Below, piece by piece: positions 1 to 10,028 of a stretch of 64,000 bases of DNA. Both the position numbers and the translations under genes were made by a program. The DNA comes from an uncultured virus (IMG/VR IMGVR_UViG_3300042876_000347). Taxonomy: Duplodnaviria; Heunggongvirae; Uroviricota; Caudoviricetes. Below the pieces are notes generated by a model that saw nothing but the letters and a program-made list of their open reading frames with translations, searched no databases and had not been told where the DNA came from. Numbering within the stretch: the stretch's first letter is position 1; each line of letters opens with the position of its first letter. The stretch is from IMG/VR virus record IMGVR_UViG_3300042876_000347. The stretch is one strand, 5' to 3'.

Positions 1-113
1 CCCCCCCATAGGCTGACCCCCTCGGACAACCAGCCCACCCCCCCATGGTGTTGAGAATCTCAGCACCTTCCATAATAAGCCTCTAAACCCTTGACAGGCA
101 AGGCTTTAGCAGG

Positions 114-130
114 TTGGCATCATTATTGCT
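114..130 (+). promoter_or_regulatory. Sigma-54-like (-24/-12) promoter
   Basis: TTGGCATCATTATTGCT has exact GG-N10-GC spacing with TGGCA and TTGC boxes, upstream of the first gene. Confidence 0.55.
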
Positions 131-144
131 CGTGTGCTGCTGCG

Positions 145-176
145 TGTTTATTATTTCAACTGTTTATTATTTCAAC
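145..176 (+). repeat. Perfect 16-bp tandem duplication, AT-rich, IHF-site-like
   Basis: TGTTTATTATTTCAAC at 145-160 and 161-176. Confidence 0.85.
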
Positions 177-224
177 CCCACCATGGGTACTTTCCTAGCC
201 TAGAACACCTATGAAGGGACGGTT

Positions 225-360
225 GCGCTAGCGCATGAGACTTGGACATGGCCCCACGGCCGAGCACCATCTAGGTGCGTCCACTAGCCTTACGCCCGAT
301 CGGGCTGTGCCGCTCTCACTGGCACGAGGCTAGAGTCTGCCGCGCTAGCGCATGAGACTT
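225..360 (+). repeat. 19-bp direct repeat containing the GCGCTAGCGC palindrome
   Basis: GCGCTAGCGCATGAGACTT at 225-243 and 342-360. Confidence 0.9.
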
Positions 361-422
361 TCGACCGCACCGCACCGGATCGTGCGGCACCGTAGCATCC
401 GGCATGATGCAAAAGGTTCAAG

Positions 423-1328
423 ATGAGCAAGACCGAAAAGGCAGCCGAAGCATCCGTGGCTGCCGAAGTCAAGACCGAAACCCGCCCGGACGTACTCGCG
501 GTCGGTGCGCTCTACCAGAACGCTCTGCTCGCGCACGTCGACGCGGTGCAGCAGTCGAGCAAGACCGTGGATCTGTCAAAGGTCCGCGACTGGCTCGCCA
601 ACACCGTCATCACCGGCGGGTACCTTTCCGCGATGAATTTCGCGGACAAGGGGCCGCGCAAGGCAGACGGAACGGCCGCTCTCAAGGCAGACGTTGCGCC
701 CGTGGCGCGCGTCCTGGACGTCAAGATGGGGCGCGTCAACGGCGCTCCGGTGCGGCTCGCGGTCTTTTCGACCGTGAGCAACGCTAGCAGGGTTCACGCG
801 GCAGCGGAGTTGCTTTCCGTTGCCGTGGATGAGACGTGCAAGACGGCCGACAAGGCGGGCAAGATGCGGCGCGACAAGGAGGCGGCTGGAGTGCTTTCCG
901 CGACCTTGGGACTCCGCTCCGAGTCCATCATCTCCGGTGCGCGTTTCGAGCACGTCACCGGGCCGGCGAGCCTTTCGGACGCCATTCGGAGCCTGCCGGA
1001 GTTTCCGGTCGTCTTCGATGCCTCTGCCGACGACAAGAGGCAGGGCGGGGCGGTCGTTCCGGTCGACGTGACGTGCACACTGGCGAGCGGCGGAACCGTG
1101 ACGGCTCGGTTGCTCTGGCCGACGTCACGGCCGGACGACAAGACCGGAGCGCTCAAGGATTCCGCCGTGGCGTTCGCGCGGATCTTGCTGGACCCGGCCA
1201 CGAAGTTCTCCTTCAACATGCCGAAGCATGGCAAGGATGGGACCATCGGAGTCGGCGACATGTACCGCGCGGCTGTGCTCCCGAAGGCGGAACCGAAGGC
1301 GCAGCAGGCGACGGGCACCAACGGCTAG
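423..1328 (+). CDS. Early hypothetical protein (301 aa, high GC)
   Basis: Long ORF with AAGG SD and strong GC3 bias, followed by a terminator. Confidence 0.85.
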   Translation: MSKTEKAAEASVAAEVKTETRPDVLAVGALYQNALLAHVDAVQQSSKTVDLSKVRDWLANTVITGGYLSAMNFADKGPRKADGTAALKADVAPVARVLDVKMGRVNGAPVRLAVFSTVSNASRVHAAAELLSVAVDETCKTADKAGKMRRDKEAAGVLSATLGLRSESIISGARFEHVTGPASLSDAIRSLPEFPVVFDASADDKRQGGAVVPVDVTCTLASGGTVTARLLWPTSRPDDKTGALKDSAVAFARILLDPATKFSFNMPKHGKDGTIGVGDMYRAAVLPKAEPKAQQATGTNG

Positions 1329-1339
1329 GACAGCCACGC

Positions 1340-1378
1340 GAGACGGGGGGGCCGAAAGGCCTCCCTGTCTCTTTTTTT
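1340..1378 (+). terminator. Rho-independent terminator
   Basis: GAGACGGGGGGGCC-GAAA-GGCCTCCCTGTCTC followed by T7. Confidence 0.9.
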
Positions 1379-1476
1379 ATCTCTTGAGAGAGAGAGTTAG
1401 CGTAAAGCTTGTGCGCTAGCGCATAGGCTTTACCCTAGCACTCTAAGCTAGCTAGGATGAGAAAGAGAGAGAGACC

Positions 1477-1641
1477 ATGCCCGAGACGAAGACGCTGCTG
1501 AAGGCGCTGGCCGAGCACTTCAACATGAAGATGGCCGACCTGAAGACCGAGTACCCGCAGCTGACCGAGAAGGACCGCGCGGAGTTCGTCGAGATGTTCG
1601 GGCAGATCGGCGTCGCCGTCGAGGCGCGGAAGGCGGCGTAG
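1477..1641 (+). CDS. Small early protein (54 aa, MPETKTLLKALAEHF...), not in the ORF track
   Basis: Translated by hand; purine-rich leader, high GC3, between two terminators. Confidence 0.8.
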   Translation: MPETKTLLKALAEHFNMKMADLKTEYPQLTEKDRAEFVEMFGQIGVAVEARKAA

Positions 1642-1720
1642 CACAGGAGAACGTCGAGTCGGGGTCGGAGAGCCTAGGGCCACCCACTAGCACGCGTCAT
1701 GTGCTAACTGGGCACCTAGC

Positions 1721-1771
1721 AAAGGGCACTCTGCCATTACCGAAAGGTTTTGGTGGGGTGCCTTTTTTTTT
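1721..1771 (+). terminator. Rho-independent terminator
   Basis: GGCACTCTGCCA...TGGTGGGGTGCC stem with GAAA loop and a T9 tail. Confidence 0.85.
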
Positions 1772-1818
1772 GGCCTGCGCTCTTGGCGCAGCCAAATGAA
1801 CGAAAGAGAGAAAGAACC

Positions 1819-2225
1819 ATGCGGTTTCTTTTGGGGCAGCAGATAGCAGCCATTTGGATGGTGGGCAGCTTCCTTCTGCCTACGGCAGGGAGCAAGACCT
1901 TTGCTTTGTGCATGTGCTTCATCACAGTGTTCAGCATGTTGGCAGGGCACTACGAAGAGAAGAAGCGCTAGCGCATGACACCTCTTGAGAAAGTGAAGCA
2001 AGCCTACCAGAGAGCATATAGAAATACGATGACTATTGCGTGCAGCAAGCGCAAGAGTCTCGCTTTCTACGTGGTAGCTGTGCAAGAGCAGTGGAATGGT
2101 GGGATTTGGCCCATCAAGGAGAGCAAGTGATGGAAAGCTACGACCTCAAGGCAGCAGCAGGCGAAGGAGCAAGGTTCCTGGCCTGCGTGCTCCTGCTTTA
2201 CATTCTGCTGTTCTTCGTGCTCTAA
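1819..2225 (+). other. Three tiny early ORFs (1819-1971 membrane peptide, 1975-2130, 2130-2225 membrane peptide)
   Basis: Hand translation; coupled stop/start junctions; hydrophobic stretches. Confidence 0.55.
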
Positions 2226-2231
2226 CCTGAG

Positions 2232-3173
2232 ATGAAGCTCGAAGACATAGGGTTCTACACCCTGAGTGATGAAAGAGCAGCCACAGCTAGCGAGCACACT
2301 CCCCTTTCAAGGTGTGAGCTTCTCCTGACAGCTAGGTGTAACTTCAACTGCCCTTACTGTAGGCATGTGGGAGGCAGGGATCTTCCACTTGAGCAAGCAA
2401 TAGCTTGGCTTGACTGCTGGGCTAACGAAGGCTGTAAAGCTATCAGGCTCAGCGGAGGTGAACCTACCCTACACCCACACATCCTCGACCTAGTGTGGTA
2501 CGCAAGGGAAAGAGGAATCAAGAGGATAGCACTTAGCACAAATGGCTCTGCCTCTTGGGAACTCTACAGCAAGCTGCTCTCAGCAGGGGTTAACGATTTC
2601 AGTGTTAGCCTTGATGTTTGCTGCGCTGAAGATGCTGACAAGCTCGGGATGAGAGGCACCTTCGCTAGCGTGGTAGAGAATATCAAAGCGCTAGCGCAGC
2701 ACACTTACACTACAGTGGGGGTAGTGCTGACTGAGCTCAACGTAGCAAGGGTAAATGAGGTAGTAGCCTTTGCCAGCTCCTTAGGCGTGGCAGACATCAG
2801 GGTGATTCCTGCCGCGCAGGATGGAGAGAAGTTGAAAGGCTTGCAGGTTGAGGAAGGCTTGCTGAAGAAGCACCCAATCCTTGCCTATAGGGTGAGAAAC
2901 CTGCAGGAAGGAAGGGCAGTAAGAGGCCTTAGCACTGAGCCTCGCACTTGTGGCCTAGTGCTTGACGACGTGGCTGCCTGTGGAACTGAGCATTTTCCCT
3001 GCATCATCTACATGAGGGAAGGGGGCAAGGCGATAGGGAAGCTAGGAGGGAGCCTTAGAGCGGATAGGGCAGAGTGGTTCAAGCAGCACAAGGCCACAGA
3101 AGACCCTATCTGTAGCAAGAACTGCCTTGACGTGTGTATTGACTATAACAGGAAGTTTGAAGCAAGGAGTTAG
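2232..3173 (+). CDS. Radical SAM enzyme (MoaA/NifB/PqqE-like)
   Basis: CNFNCPYC (CxxxCxxC), SGGEP and STNG motifs; C-terminal Cys cluster. Confidence 0.92.
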   Translation: MKLEDIGFYTLSDERAATASEHTPLSRCELLLTARCNFNCPYCRHVGGRDLPLEQAIAWLDCWANEGCKAIRLSGGEPTLHPHILDLVWYARERGIKRIALSTNGSASWELYSKLLSAGVNDFSVSLDVCCAEDADKLGMRGTFASVVENIKALAQHTYTTVGVVLTELNVARVNEVVAFASSLGVADIRVIPAAQDGEKLKGLQVEEGLLKKHPILAYRVRNLQEGRAVRGLSTEPRTCGLVLDDVAACGTEHFPCIIYMREGGKAIGKLGGSLRADRAEWFKQHKATEDPICSKNCLDVCIDYNRKFEARS

Positions 3174-3175
3174 TC

Positions 3176-5820
3176 ATGCTGGACAAGGAAAGATTCGACG
3201 CAGCAACTGAGCTTCGTGGAGCCCTTGACTGCCTCGCCACTGAGATCATGAGCGACTTCCCCCTCTCTGGCACTCAGGTGCATCATGAGATCGCTGAAGC
3301 GCGCAAGCTCTACCTGAGAAAGAGCTTCTGCCTCAACAGGGCAGAGCAGTGGCTCAGGGCAACCAAGGACGCTCAGATGTTCCTCGACAGGCAGAAGACG
3401 CCCAAGTACATGCGCTAGCGCCTGAGAGATGGGAGAGCCCCAAAGGCTCTCCCTCTCTTGCCCTAGGGCTAAGCTAACGCTAGGTTAGTCCTAAGGCAAG
3501 GGATTCTAAGTTCCCTTGAAGGAGAAAGAAGCCATGTTGAACCTGAAGCCGATCACCCGCGCCAAGGCCGAGCCTGTCGATCCCAAGCTGGTTGCCCTCG
3601 CCGAGCAGTGGCAGAGAGCCAAAGCCAAGCGAGATGCTCAGCGGAAGCGTCAGGAAGAGCGCAGGGCCAAGAACGCCCTGCACTTCGCAGAGCTCAGCCC
3701 TGCCAAGGAGGCCTACCTGCTGCGGGAGTGTCGTGCAACCCTGGGCCAGATCATGGCCACCCACGGGAGCACGCCCTTGCAGCCTGAGAGCTTCCAGAAG
3801 GCGCAGAAGCACTAGGTGGGCACGCAGGATAAGTACATCATCGTCGACCTGATCTCCTTGACTACTGCTGCCATCGGCAGCAGGGAAGAGGACCTCAAGG
3901 CGCAGTTCTACGGCAAGGTCAAGGATGGCTACATCACTACCAACAAGGATCGGAAGTACGGCATCTACCAGCAGGTGGGTGAGGTGGCTATCACAGTCGA
4001 GACCAAGACTGTTGAGATCACTGGGGAGCCTCAGTAAGTGAGCAAGGTGAAGAAGTACGCTGTCATCTACCATGACTCCTACTATGGTGATGTCTACTAT
4101 GGTGCCTGCTTCCCCACAGAGCAGGCTGCCAAGGAGTACATCGCCAAGGCAACCAAGAAGCCCACGATCAGCTGGTACGTGTTCGAGAAGCGTTACGGGC
4201 TGGTGAGCGAAACCAAAACCAACATCGAGTTCAAGTTCTGGCAGCCGCAGGCTGAAGAGCCTGCGGCTCCTCCCAAGGAGAAGAAAGCGAGGAAGAAGCG
4301 TGCAGCAAAAGATCCTGCTCCTGCTCTGCCCGAGGTGCCAGAAGGAGCCAGTGCAGGTGATCACGCTGGGCAAGATCCTGACGTGCAGGAAGTGCCAGCA
4401 GCAGATGTTCCCTTCTAAGGTGGAGAAATGATCGTCAAGAAGCAGGAAGAGGAAACCTGTCGTGACTGTGGCGAAAAGATCACCTTGAGGGAATACGTAG
4501 GTCTTGAAGGTGCATGGTACACAGATCATAGGTGCCCTGCGCTGGAGGAGGAGCAAGTAAAATGAGTGGAAACCAATGGTCCACTTGCTGTGACGACAAC
4601 TACTACGCAAGGGGCATGGCTCCTTCTTTCCTCAGCTTGATGGATGCGAGGGAGCAATGTCTCAAGAAGGCTGACGCGCTTCTTCAAGAGGCCATGTCTC
4701 AGCTGAAGGAAGGGGAAGCCTACACCTACGAGGGCACAACCTACGCCAAGTATCAGGGAGTGCTGGTGAAGTTCGCCAGCAGGAGCTAGGGGGCGAGGGA
4801 TGGCTACTAAGCTCTACCCTGTTTACCCTATCTTCTGCACCTACTGGTATAGCTCACATAGGGATCTCATAGAGATCTATTCCACAGAAGAGGAAGCGCA
4901 GAAGGCTTGCATCAATCTGAACAAGACGGCAAAGAACCATGCCTGGTCTTACAGCTACGTGGAACGTTGGGTGAGGGGAGAATGAAAAGGATCGCTTACC
5001 TCGATCAGGGCAGCACGCCTAACTTCTGGCGCTGGGTTGCCAAGTTCTTCTCACCTGAGCAAGCCAAGTACATCACGGCGAGACGCGCGCGAGAGCTTGG
5101 CGTGCTTCAGGATTCCCGCCGGGTAATGGACCAGAAGGGCAACCTCTGGCCTGAAAGGCAGGCACTCTAGCATGAATCCTGTGTCAGAAGCAGCCATTGT
5201 CACTTTCGTAGCCTTCTGCGTGGGATTCGTGGTTGTATGGGTCCTGTTTGTGTTCCTCGCAGAGTTTGTCTACTTGGTCAAAGGAGATTGCCCTCGATGG
5301 CCCTAGCTGCACCCTTCATCCTAGAGGATGAGGACCCTGAGGACTACTACGAAGAGCGCATGTGGGCAGCAGCAGAGGTGTGGCTCGCTCAGGGCTTTGC
5401 CTTTGACGATGGGCCTGAGCCGAGGGAAAGGGAAGAGGTGTAAGAAGGAATGACCACAAAGAAGAAGCCAACGCCTGCCAAGATGGGGCTTGCACAGTAC
5501 ATCACAGCCAGCCCGCGTACTCGCTACGACAAGCCTTACCTGCTGAGTAGCGGTGCACGAGAAGATGCCCTGGCGCAGGTAGGGCACAGCAACGATGACT
5601 ATGAGGATGGTCCTCAGAAAGTCGGTCTCTACAAGCTCGTCGCTGTTGTGGAGATGGAAGTCAAGCGAGAGATGCATGTGAAGGAGGTGGAGGAGTGAGC
5701 AAGTATAACCGTAACCCGAAGGCAAGGCGTGGGCGCAGGTGGCTGGAGAACGTGGGGGATGGAGCAAAGCTGTCAAAGGATGGCAAGAATCCCAACGACC
5801 AGCCCAAGCTGAAGCGCTAG
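3176..5820 (+). other. Cluster of small early hypothetical genes (3176-3418, 3534-3815, 3816-4037, 4038-4418, 4562-4789, 4800-4985, 4982-5170, 5450-5698, 5695-5820)
   Basis: Tightly packed co-oriented ORFs with SD motifs; GC hairpins near 3425-3460 and 5838-5863. Confidence 0.7.
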
Positions 5821-6301
5821 CGCAGCAGTAATTCGAATGCTAGGGGGCTAAATGCCCCCTAGCAGAGGAAATTCATTTGAATCCAATGGAATACACCGGC
5901 GTTGGATACCCACAGGTCGAACGCTCAGCTTTCCTCAAGCTGAGCTTTTGGGAGCTGACCTTCCAGTTGTTCCGCTTGGTCGCTGCCCTTACCCTAGTGG
6001 CATTTCTGACCATTAGCCTTATTGTGGTCAGCTATTTCTGGGGTGATCTCCTTCTCAGCTGCTTACTCCCTAGCCCACATGCATAAGGACTCCCTAGAGG
6101 CCACTGACATCCACGAGTTAGGGGATGATGAGTTCACTGAGCTTTGGTTCCACATCAGCGAGGTAAAGTACGTTGAGGAGCAACTTGCAGCCAAGCTGGT
6201 GGAACAACTAGAGCAGCTTCGAAATCCTGAAGACCTCTATCATCGCTACCTTGACAGGTTAGTGGAGGAGAGCAAGAGCAGGCTCAAGATGCTAACCACC
6301 T

Positions 6302-6793
6302 TTGAGGCTTTTGTGCGAAAGGAACTCGATGACAGGTACCCCGCTCCCTCAGAAAGTCTTGACTGAGCTAGCAGCCATACCCACGATCAGCTTTCAGGGC
6401 TACAGTGCCCAGTGGCTGAGAGTGATGTACTGTGAAAGCAGGCTAGCGAGGCTGACTAGGTTTGGCATCAGCTCGGCAGGAACGCCAATTGTACCCTACA
6501 TGCTGATAGCAGAGAGCATCCCCAAAGCGTGCCGCCATCTCGACCTTCACAGGTTTGAGCTAGTGGTGCTCTCCGACTATCAGGATGAGCATTATGATCT
6601 CCCCTATAAGGTGAACTTCGTGAGGTTCCTAGCGAAGAAGCACGAAATGGGAGCGCTAGGAGGGGTCATCCTAAACATGATGCTTTGCGAGGAAGCCTGG
6701 ACCCTGAAGGGGGAGATGGAGGCTTTGCACTTGCCTAGCATCTTCATCCCCTTCAACCCTCTCGATCCCTCAGATCATAGTCGCGTTCGTTAA
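6302..6793 (+). CDS. Hypothetical protein
   Basis: ORF directly upstream of the ligase cluster; start uncertain. Confidence 0.55.
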   Translation: MRLLCERNSMTGTPLPQKVLTELAAIPTISFQGYSAQWLRVMYCESRLARLTRFGISSAGTPIVPYMLIAESIPKACRHLDLHRFELVVLSDYQDEHYDLPYKVNFVRFLAKKHEMGALGGVILNMMLCEEAWTLKGEMEALHLPSIFIPFNPLDPSDHSRVR

Positions 6794-6817
6794 CCCTTAG
6801 GCTAAAGGAGCCTATAG

Positions 6818-7912
6818 ATGCAGCTAAGTTACATCGGCCAGGACACAGAGTTCTTCCTCTTCAACACGCGTAGCAAGAAGCCAGTGCCAGCGTACAAGTA
6901 CTTCCCTCCTGTGGGGAAGGCCTTGCAGTGCAAGGACACAGACCCGGGGAATCTCCCAAAGGAGAAGTACTCGGAGGAGCTCCGCACTTCAGGTGCCTTC
7001 AGAGGAGGACATGGCAGCGGTAAGGTCTTCCGTGATGGCTACGCAGTCGAGATCAACACTTCGCCCTACCTTTGTCGGGCGCATGTGTGGCAGGCGATGC
7101 GGTTCATGACACGCTGGGCACGGGAGACTGCCAAGCTTCCTGAGCATATCGTGTTCACCTCGCGGCCTGTGGCAGAGTTCACTCCTGCGAGCATGAGCAA
7201 GTGGCCGAAGGACATGCTGGAGCTTGGCTGTAGCCCCACACTGGACGCCTACGAGAAGAAGCAGAAGGCCATTCAGGTGGACCCCAAGAAGCTGTTCTGG
7301 AGAACTAGCGGTGCCCACGAGCACTTCTCCTACCCGATGGGGCAGGGCAGGAACCGCCACTTGCTGCAGGACACTGAGCATCAGAGCAACTTCATCAAGC
7401 TGATGGACCGGCTGGTAGGAGTGCCGCATGCTTTCATGTTCGCTAGCGCAGATGAGTTCAAGAGGAGGACGCTCTACGGGCAGGCAGGGGAGTTCAGAGA
7501 TCAGCGCTACCCAAATGGAGGGCGTGGCATTGAGTATCGCGTGCTCAGCACTCGGATCTACGATCACCCAGCCCTGGCAGCCCTGTTCTTCGGCATCCCG
7601 AAGTACGTCGTGTTTCCTCAGTACGAGGAGCTGGTGCAGGCCCTCGATCCCAAGAAGGATGACCTCGTGCGGGGTGCGATCAACGAGGGCAAGGACCTGC
7701 CGCAGGCGATGGAAGAGTGGGCGAGGGTTTTCTCCTTCACCGACGGGGAGTGGAACATCAACTTCCCACAGGGTGACAAGGGACTAGCGCTATGGGAGGC
7801 GTTGAGGAAAAAGGTGCAGAATGGGGATTTTGTGGACGCGGGTGTGGCGAATTATCCCTTTCCTGAAGGCCACACAAGCTGGGGGGAGTACCGGCAGGTT
7901 TGGGGACTCTAA
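6818..7912 (+). CDS. phiEco32-like COOH-NH2 ligase type 2
   Basis: IGQDTEFF, DGYAVEIN, GCSP, RTSGAHEH, RRTLYGQAGEFR and GIEYRVLS motifs; AAGGAG SD. Confidence 0.88.
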   Translation: MQLSYIGQDTEFFLFNTRSKKPVPAYKYFPPVGKALQCKDTDPGNLPKEKYSEELRTSGAFRGGHGSGKVFRDGYAVEINTSPYLCRAHVWQAMRFMTRWARETAKLPEHIVFTSRPVAEFTPASMSKWPKDMLELGCSPTLDAYEKKQKAIQVDPKKLFWRTSGAHEHFSYPMGQGRNRHLLQDTEHQSNFIKLMDRLVGVPHAFMFASADEFKRRTLYGQAGEFRDQRYPNGGRGIEYRVLSTRIYDHPALAALFFGIPKYVVFPQYEELVQALDPKKDDLVRGAINEGKDLPQAMEEWARVFSFTDGEWNINFPQGDKGLALWEALRKKVQNGDFVDAGVANYPFPEGHTSWGEYRQVWGL

Positions 7913-8199
7913 ACAAGTGATGAGCCAGAGCCAAGAAGAAGATGAGACACAGGTGCTTTTCAACACAGTGAAGCTGAGTAGGGGCAGGAGGGACAAGGTT
8001 GGGCCGTGCTCAGGCTGTAGCCTCGATGCCAGCTATGAGAATGACATCTTGCTAGTGGTGGAGTTCCACGATACAGAGGTGGTGCTCTGCCATGTTTGTG
8101 AGGGGATGCTCCTGAGCAAGCTCCTAGGGAATTACCTGAAGAGGATCAACCGCAAGAGCACTGTGGGCTTCACTGACCCCATTCGAAGGGATATCGTCG

Positions 8200-8667
8200 A
8201 TGCGACTTACGACTGAGATCACTGCTGTCGTGCCGGAAGAAGTTGAGTTCATGCCACTGTTCAGCGTCGAGCTCACTGACGAGGGAGTACTCCTGAAGGC
8301 AAAGAGTCCTCTCTTTGCCAACTACTTCCGCACGATCAGCAAGGCGAGCAAGACTCGGAAGTTCAAGTTCTGGCCAGGGGAGTACTATGTGGACCTGGAT
8401 CTATCAAGGATCAAGAGCTCCTCAGGCGCTTTCGAACTGAACCAGTGGGACCAGAGCCTAGTGCGGGGTGGGATTGTGAATCTTAGCTGGCTCTCCCATG
8501 TTGACCTGGGCAGTGAGGAAGGGATGACCTTCCTCTATCCTGATGCCATGAGTTACCAGGACATGGAGGACTTCTTTACGCTGGCTTGTGAGGCCCTGAG
8601 GGATATCTACCTTTGCAATCTTAGGAAGGCAAAGTTGAGTGTCCGCATGGCGGAGGTGATCGAATGA
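8200..8667 (+). CDS. Hypothetical protein in the ligase cluster
   Basis: ORF coupled to its neighbours; followed by a 58-aa ORF at 8664-8840. Confidence 0.7.
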   Translation: MRLTTEITAVVPEEVEFMPLFSVELTDEGVLLKAKSPLFANYFRTISKASKTRKFKFWPGEYYVDLDLSRIKSSSGAFELNQWDQSLVRGGIVNLSWLSHVDLGSEEGMTFLYPDAMSYQDMEDFFTLACEALRDIYLCNLRKAKLSVRMAEVIE

Positions 8668-8850
8668 AGATCAAGGGCGTCCTCCTTCTGAAGGATGGCA
8701 CAGTGAAGAATGACAAGCAGCAGGTTGTGTCTCAGGGCTTTTGGCTCAGAGATACTGACCACCTGCTTGGTCTCATCGCTGCTGCGCTAGCGAAGCAACC
8801 AAAGAAGCTCACAGTGAGCTTCGACTTGGAGAAAGCCTAAGGGTGCTAAG

Positions 8851-9507
8851 GTGACCTTCATCAACAAGGTCGGCCTAGAGATTGAGGGAGGCTGGGATGG
8901 AACTCCAGGCCTTTCGCCATTCGAAGATGCTGTGCTCTTCGCAGATGGCAGCATTGATGGGCAGACTAGGGATCCTAACGAGGGAGTGCTGGAGACCACG
9001 CACGTAGGCGAGGTGATTAGCACCCCGCTAGCGAGGCCTGAGGTTGAGGAATGGCTTAAGGTTCACTGGCCTAATGCCACCAATCGAACCTGTGGCTACC
9101 ACATCCATGTGAGCCTCCTGAGCAAGAAGTCCTACGTGCTCCTCACTAGGAAGGGCTTCATGCTGCGGCTGAGGAAGAAGTTCCTAGCCCTAGGTGAGGA
9201 AGTGAAGCTTCCTAGCAAGCATCCCTTCTGGAAGCGCATGTCAGGAGAGAACACCTTCTGCCAGATGCACTTCGATGCTGGGAAGCAGATTAACATCAAG
9301 GTCAAGAGGCACAATGACAGGACTCGCTATGGGTTCTTGAACTTTGCCTATAACGTGCATGGGACACTTGAGCTTAGGGGCCTTCCTACTTTTAGGGACT
9401 TCCCCATCGCTCTCACGTTCACCAACTGCTTCCTCGACTTTGTTGAGGAGTACCTGACTGAGCAGAGCTCGGTCCAGTGGAAGCGTAGCGCTTCCCTAGC
9501 TGCCTAA
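8851..9507 (+). CDS. Putative amidoligase (Amidoligase_2-like)
   Basis: VGLEIEG, DGSI, GEVIS, TCGYHIHVS and GTLELR motifs. Confidence 0.85.
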   Translation: MTFINKVGLEIEGGWDGTPGLSPFEDAVLFADGSIDGQTRDPNEGVLETTHVGEVISTPLARPEVEEWLKVHWPNATNRTCGYHIHVSLLSKKSYVLLTRKGFMLRLRKKFLALGEEVKLPSKHPFWKRMSGENTFCQMHFDAGKQINIKVKRHNDRTRYGFLNFAYNVHGTLELRGLPTFRDFPIALTFTNCFLDFVEEYLTEQSSVQWKRSASLAA

Positions 9508-9941
9508 GGAGCCACCCAGCGTGTTCTATTCTTATTTCTGTAGCTCCTGCGTTTCCACGAGTCAAAGCCCCCGGATTCCCACGTTACTATCCTATGACAG
9601 TTCGCACAAAGGAGGCGACATTTCATAAGCTCAGCTTCTAGTACTGCAAGTGGCTTGTTGTAGCTTTGAGAAATAAGCATTTCTTTACTTTGAGGATCTA
9701 TATGGTCAAAGTCGAGTACCCTATAGTCAGTGTTGCCACAGTTTTGGCAAGCCCCTCCAAGCAAGGATTGAAGATGCAACTTTATCTTCAAGAGCTTTTC
9801 TCTTCGATGCTTTCTGGTAGCTTCTCGTTTCTTTTGCTTCCAGGCAGTTTCATCAACAGTCTTTTGCTTTGCTATGTAGCGTTGCTGCCTTAGCTTGTAC
9901 GCTTCCTTATTTCTTTGGTACGCCTCTTTAGAGTAGGCCAG
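9504..9941 (-). CDS. HNH homing endonuclease, inverted AT-rich insert; probable CTG start
   Basis: CQNCG, LDFDHIDP and LLCANCHRI motifs; frame open to a CTG at 9941 with AAGGAG SD 9 nt upstream. Confidence 0.85.
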   Translation of the reverse strand: MAYSKEAYQRNKEAYKLRQQRYIAKQKTVDETAWKQKKREATRKHRREKLLKIKLHLQSLLGGACQNCGNTDYRVLDFDHIDPQSKEMLISQSYNKPLAVLEAELMKCRLLCANCHRIVTWESGGFDSWKRRSYRNKNRTRWVAP

Positions 9942-9977
9942 TGCTTTGGACTCCTTTCTTATTCCTTTTCAAAGCAT

Positions 9978-10007
9978 ATATTACCAGAGAAGTTTGCTAA
10001 AAGACAA
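9978..10007 (-). promoter_or_regulatory. Sigma-70-like promoter for the HNH gene
   Basis: TTGTCT-N18-TAATAT with TGn extension on -. Confidence 0.5.
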
Positions 10008-10028
10008 GGAATATAGGAGGATAGTTAT

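Noticed and set aside
1688..1706. CIRCE (HrcA) operator
   Set aside because: TAGCAC-N7-GTGCTA is an inverted repeat but does not match TTAGCACTC-N9-GAGTGCTAA in arm length or spacing
3480..4610. 376-aa minus-strand ORF
   Set aside because: Antisense shadow of several well-supported + strand genes; no motif or SD
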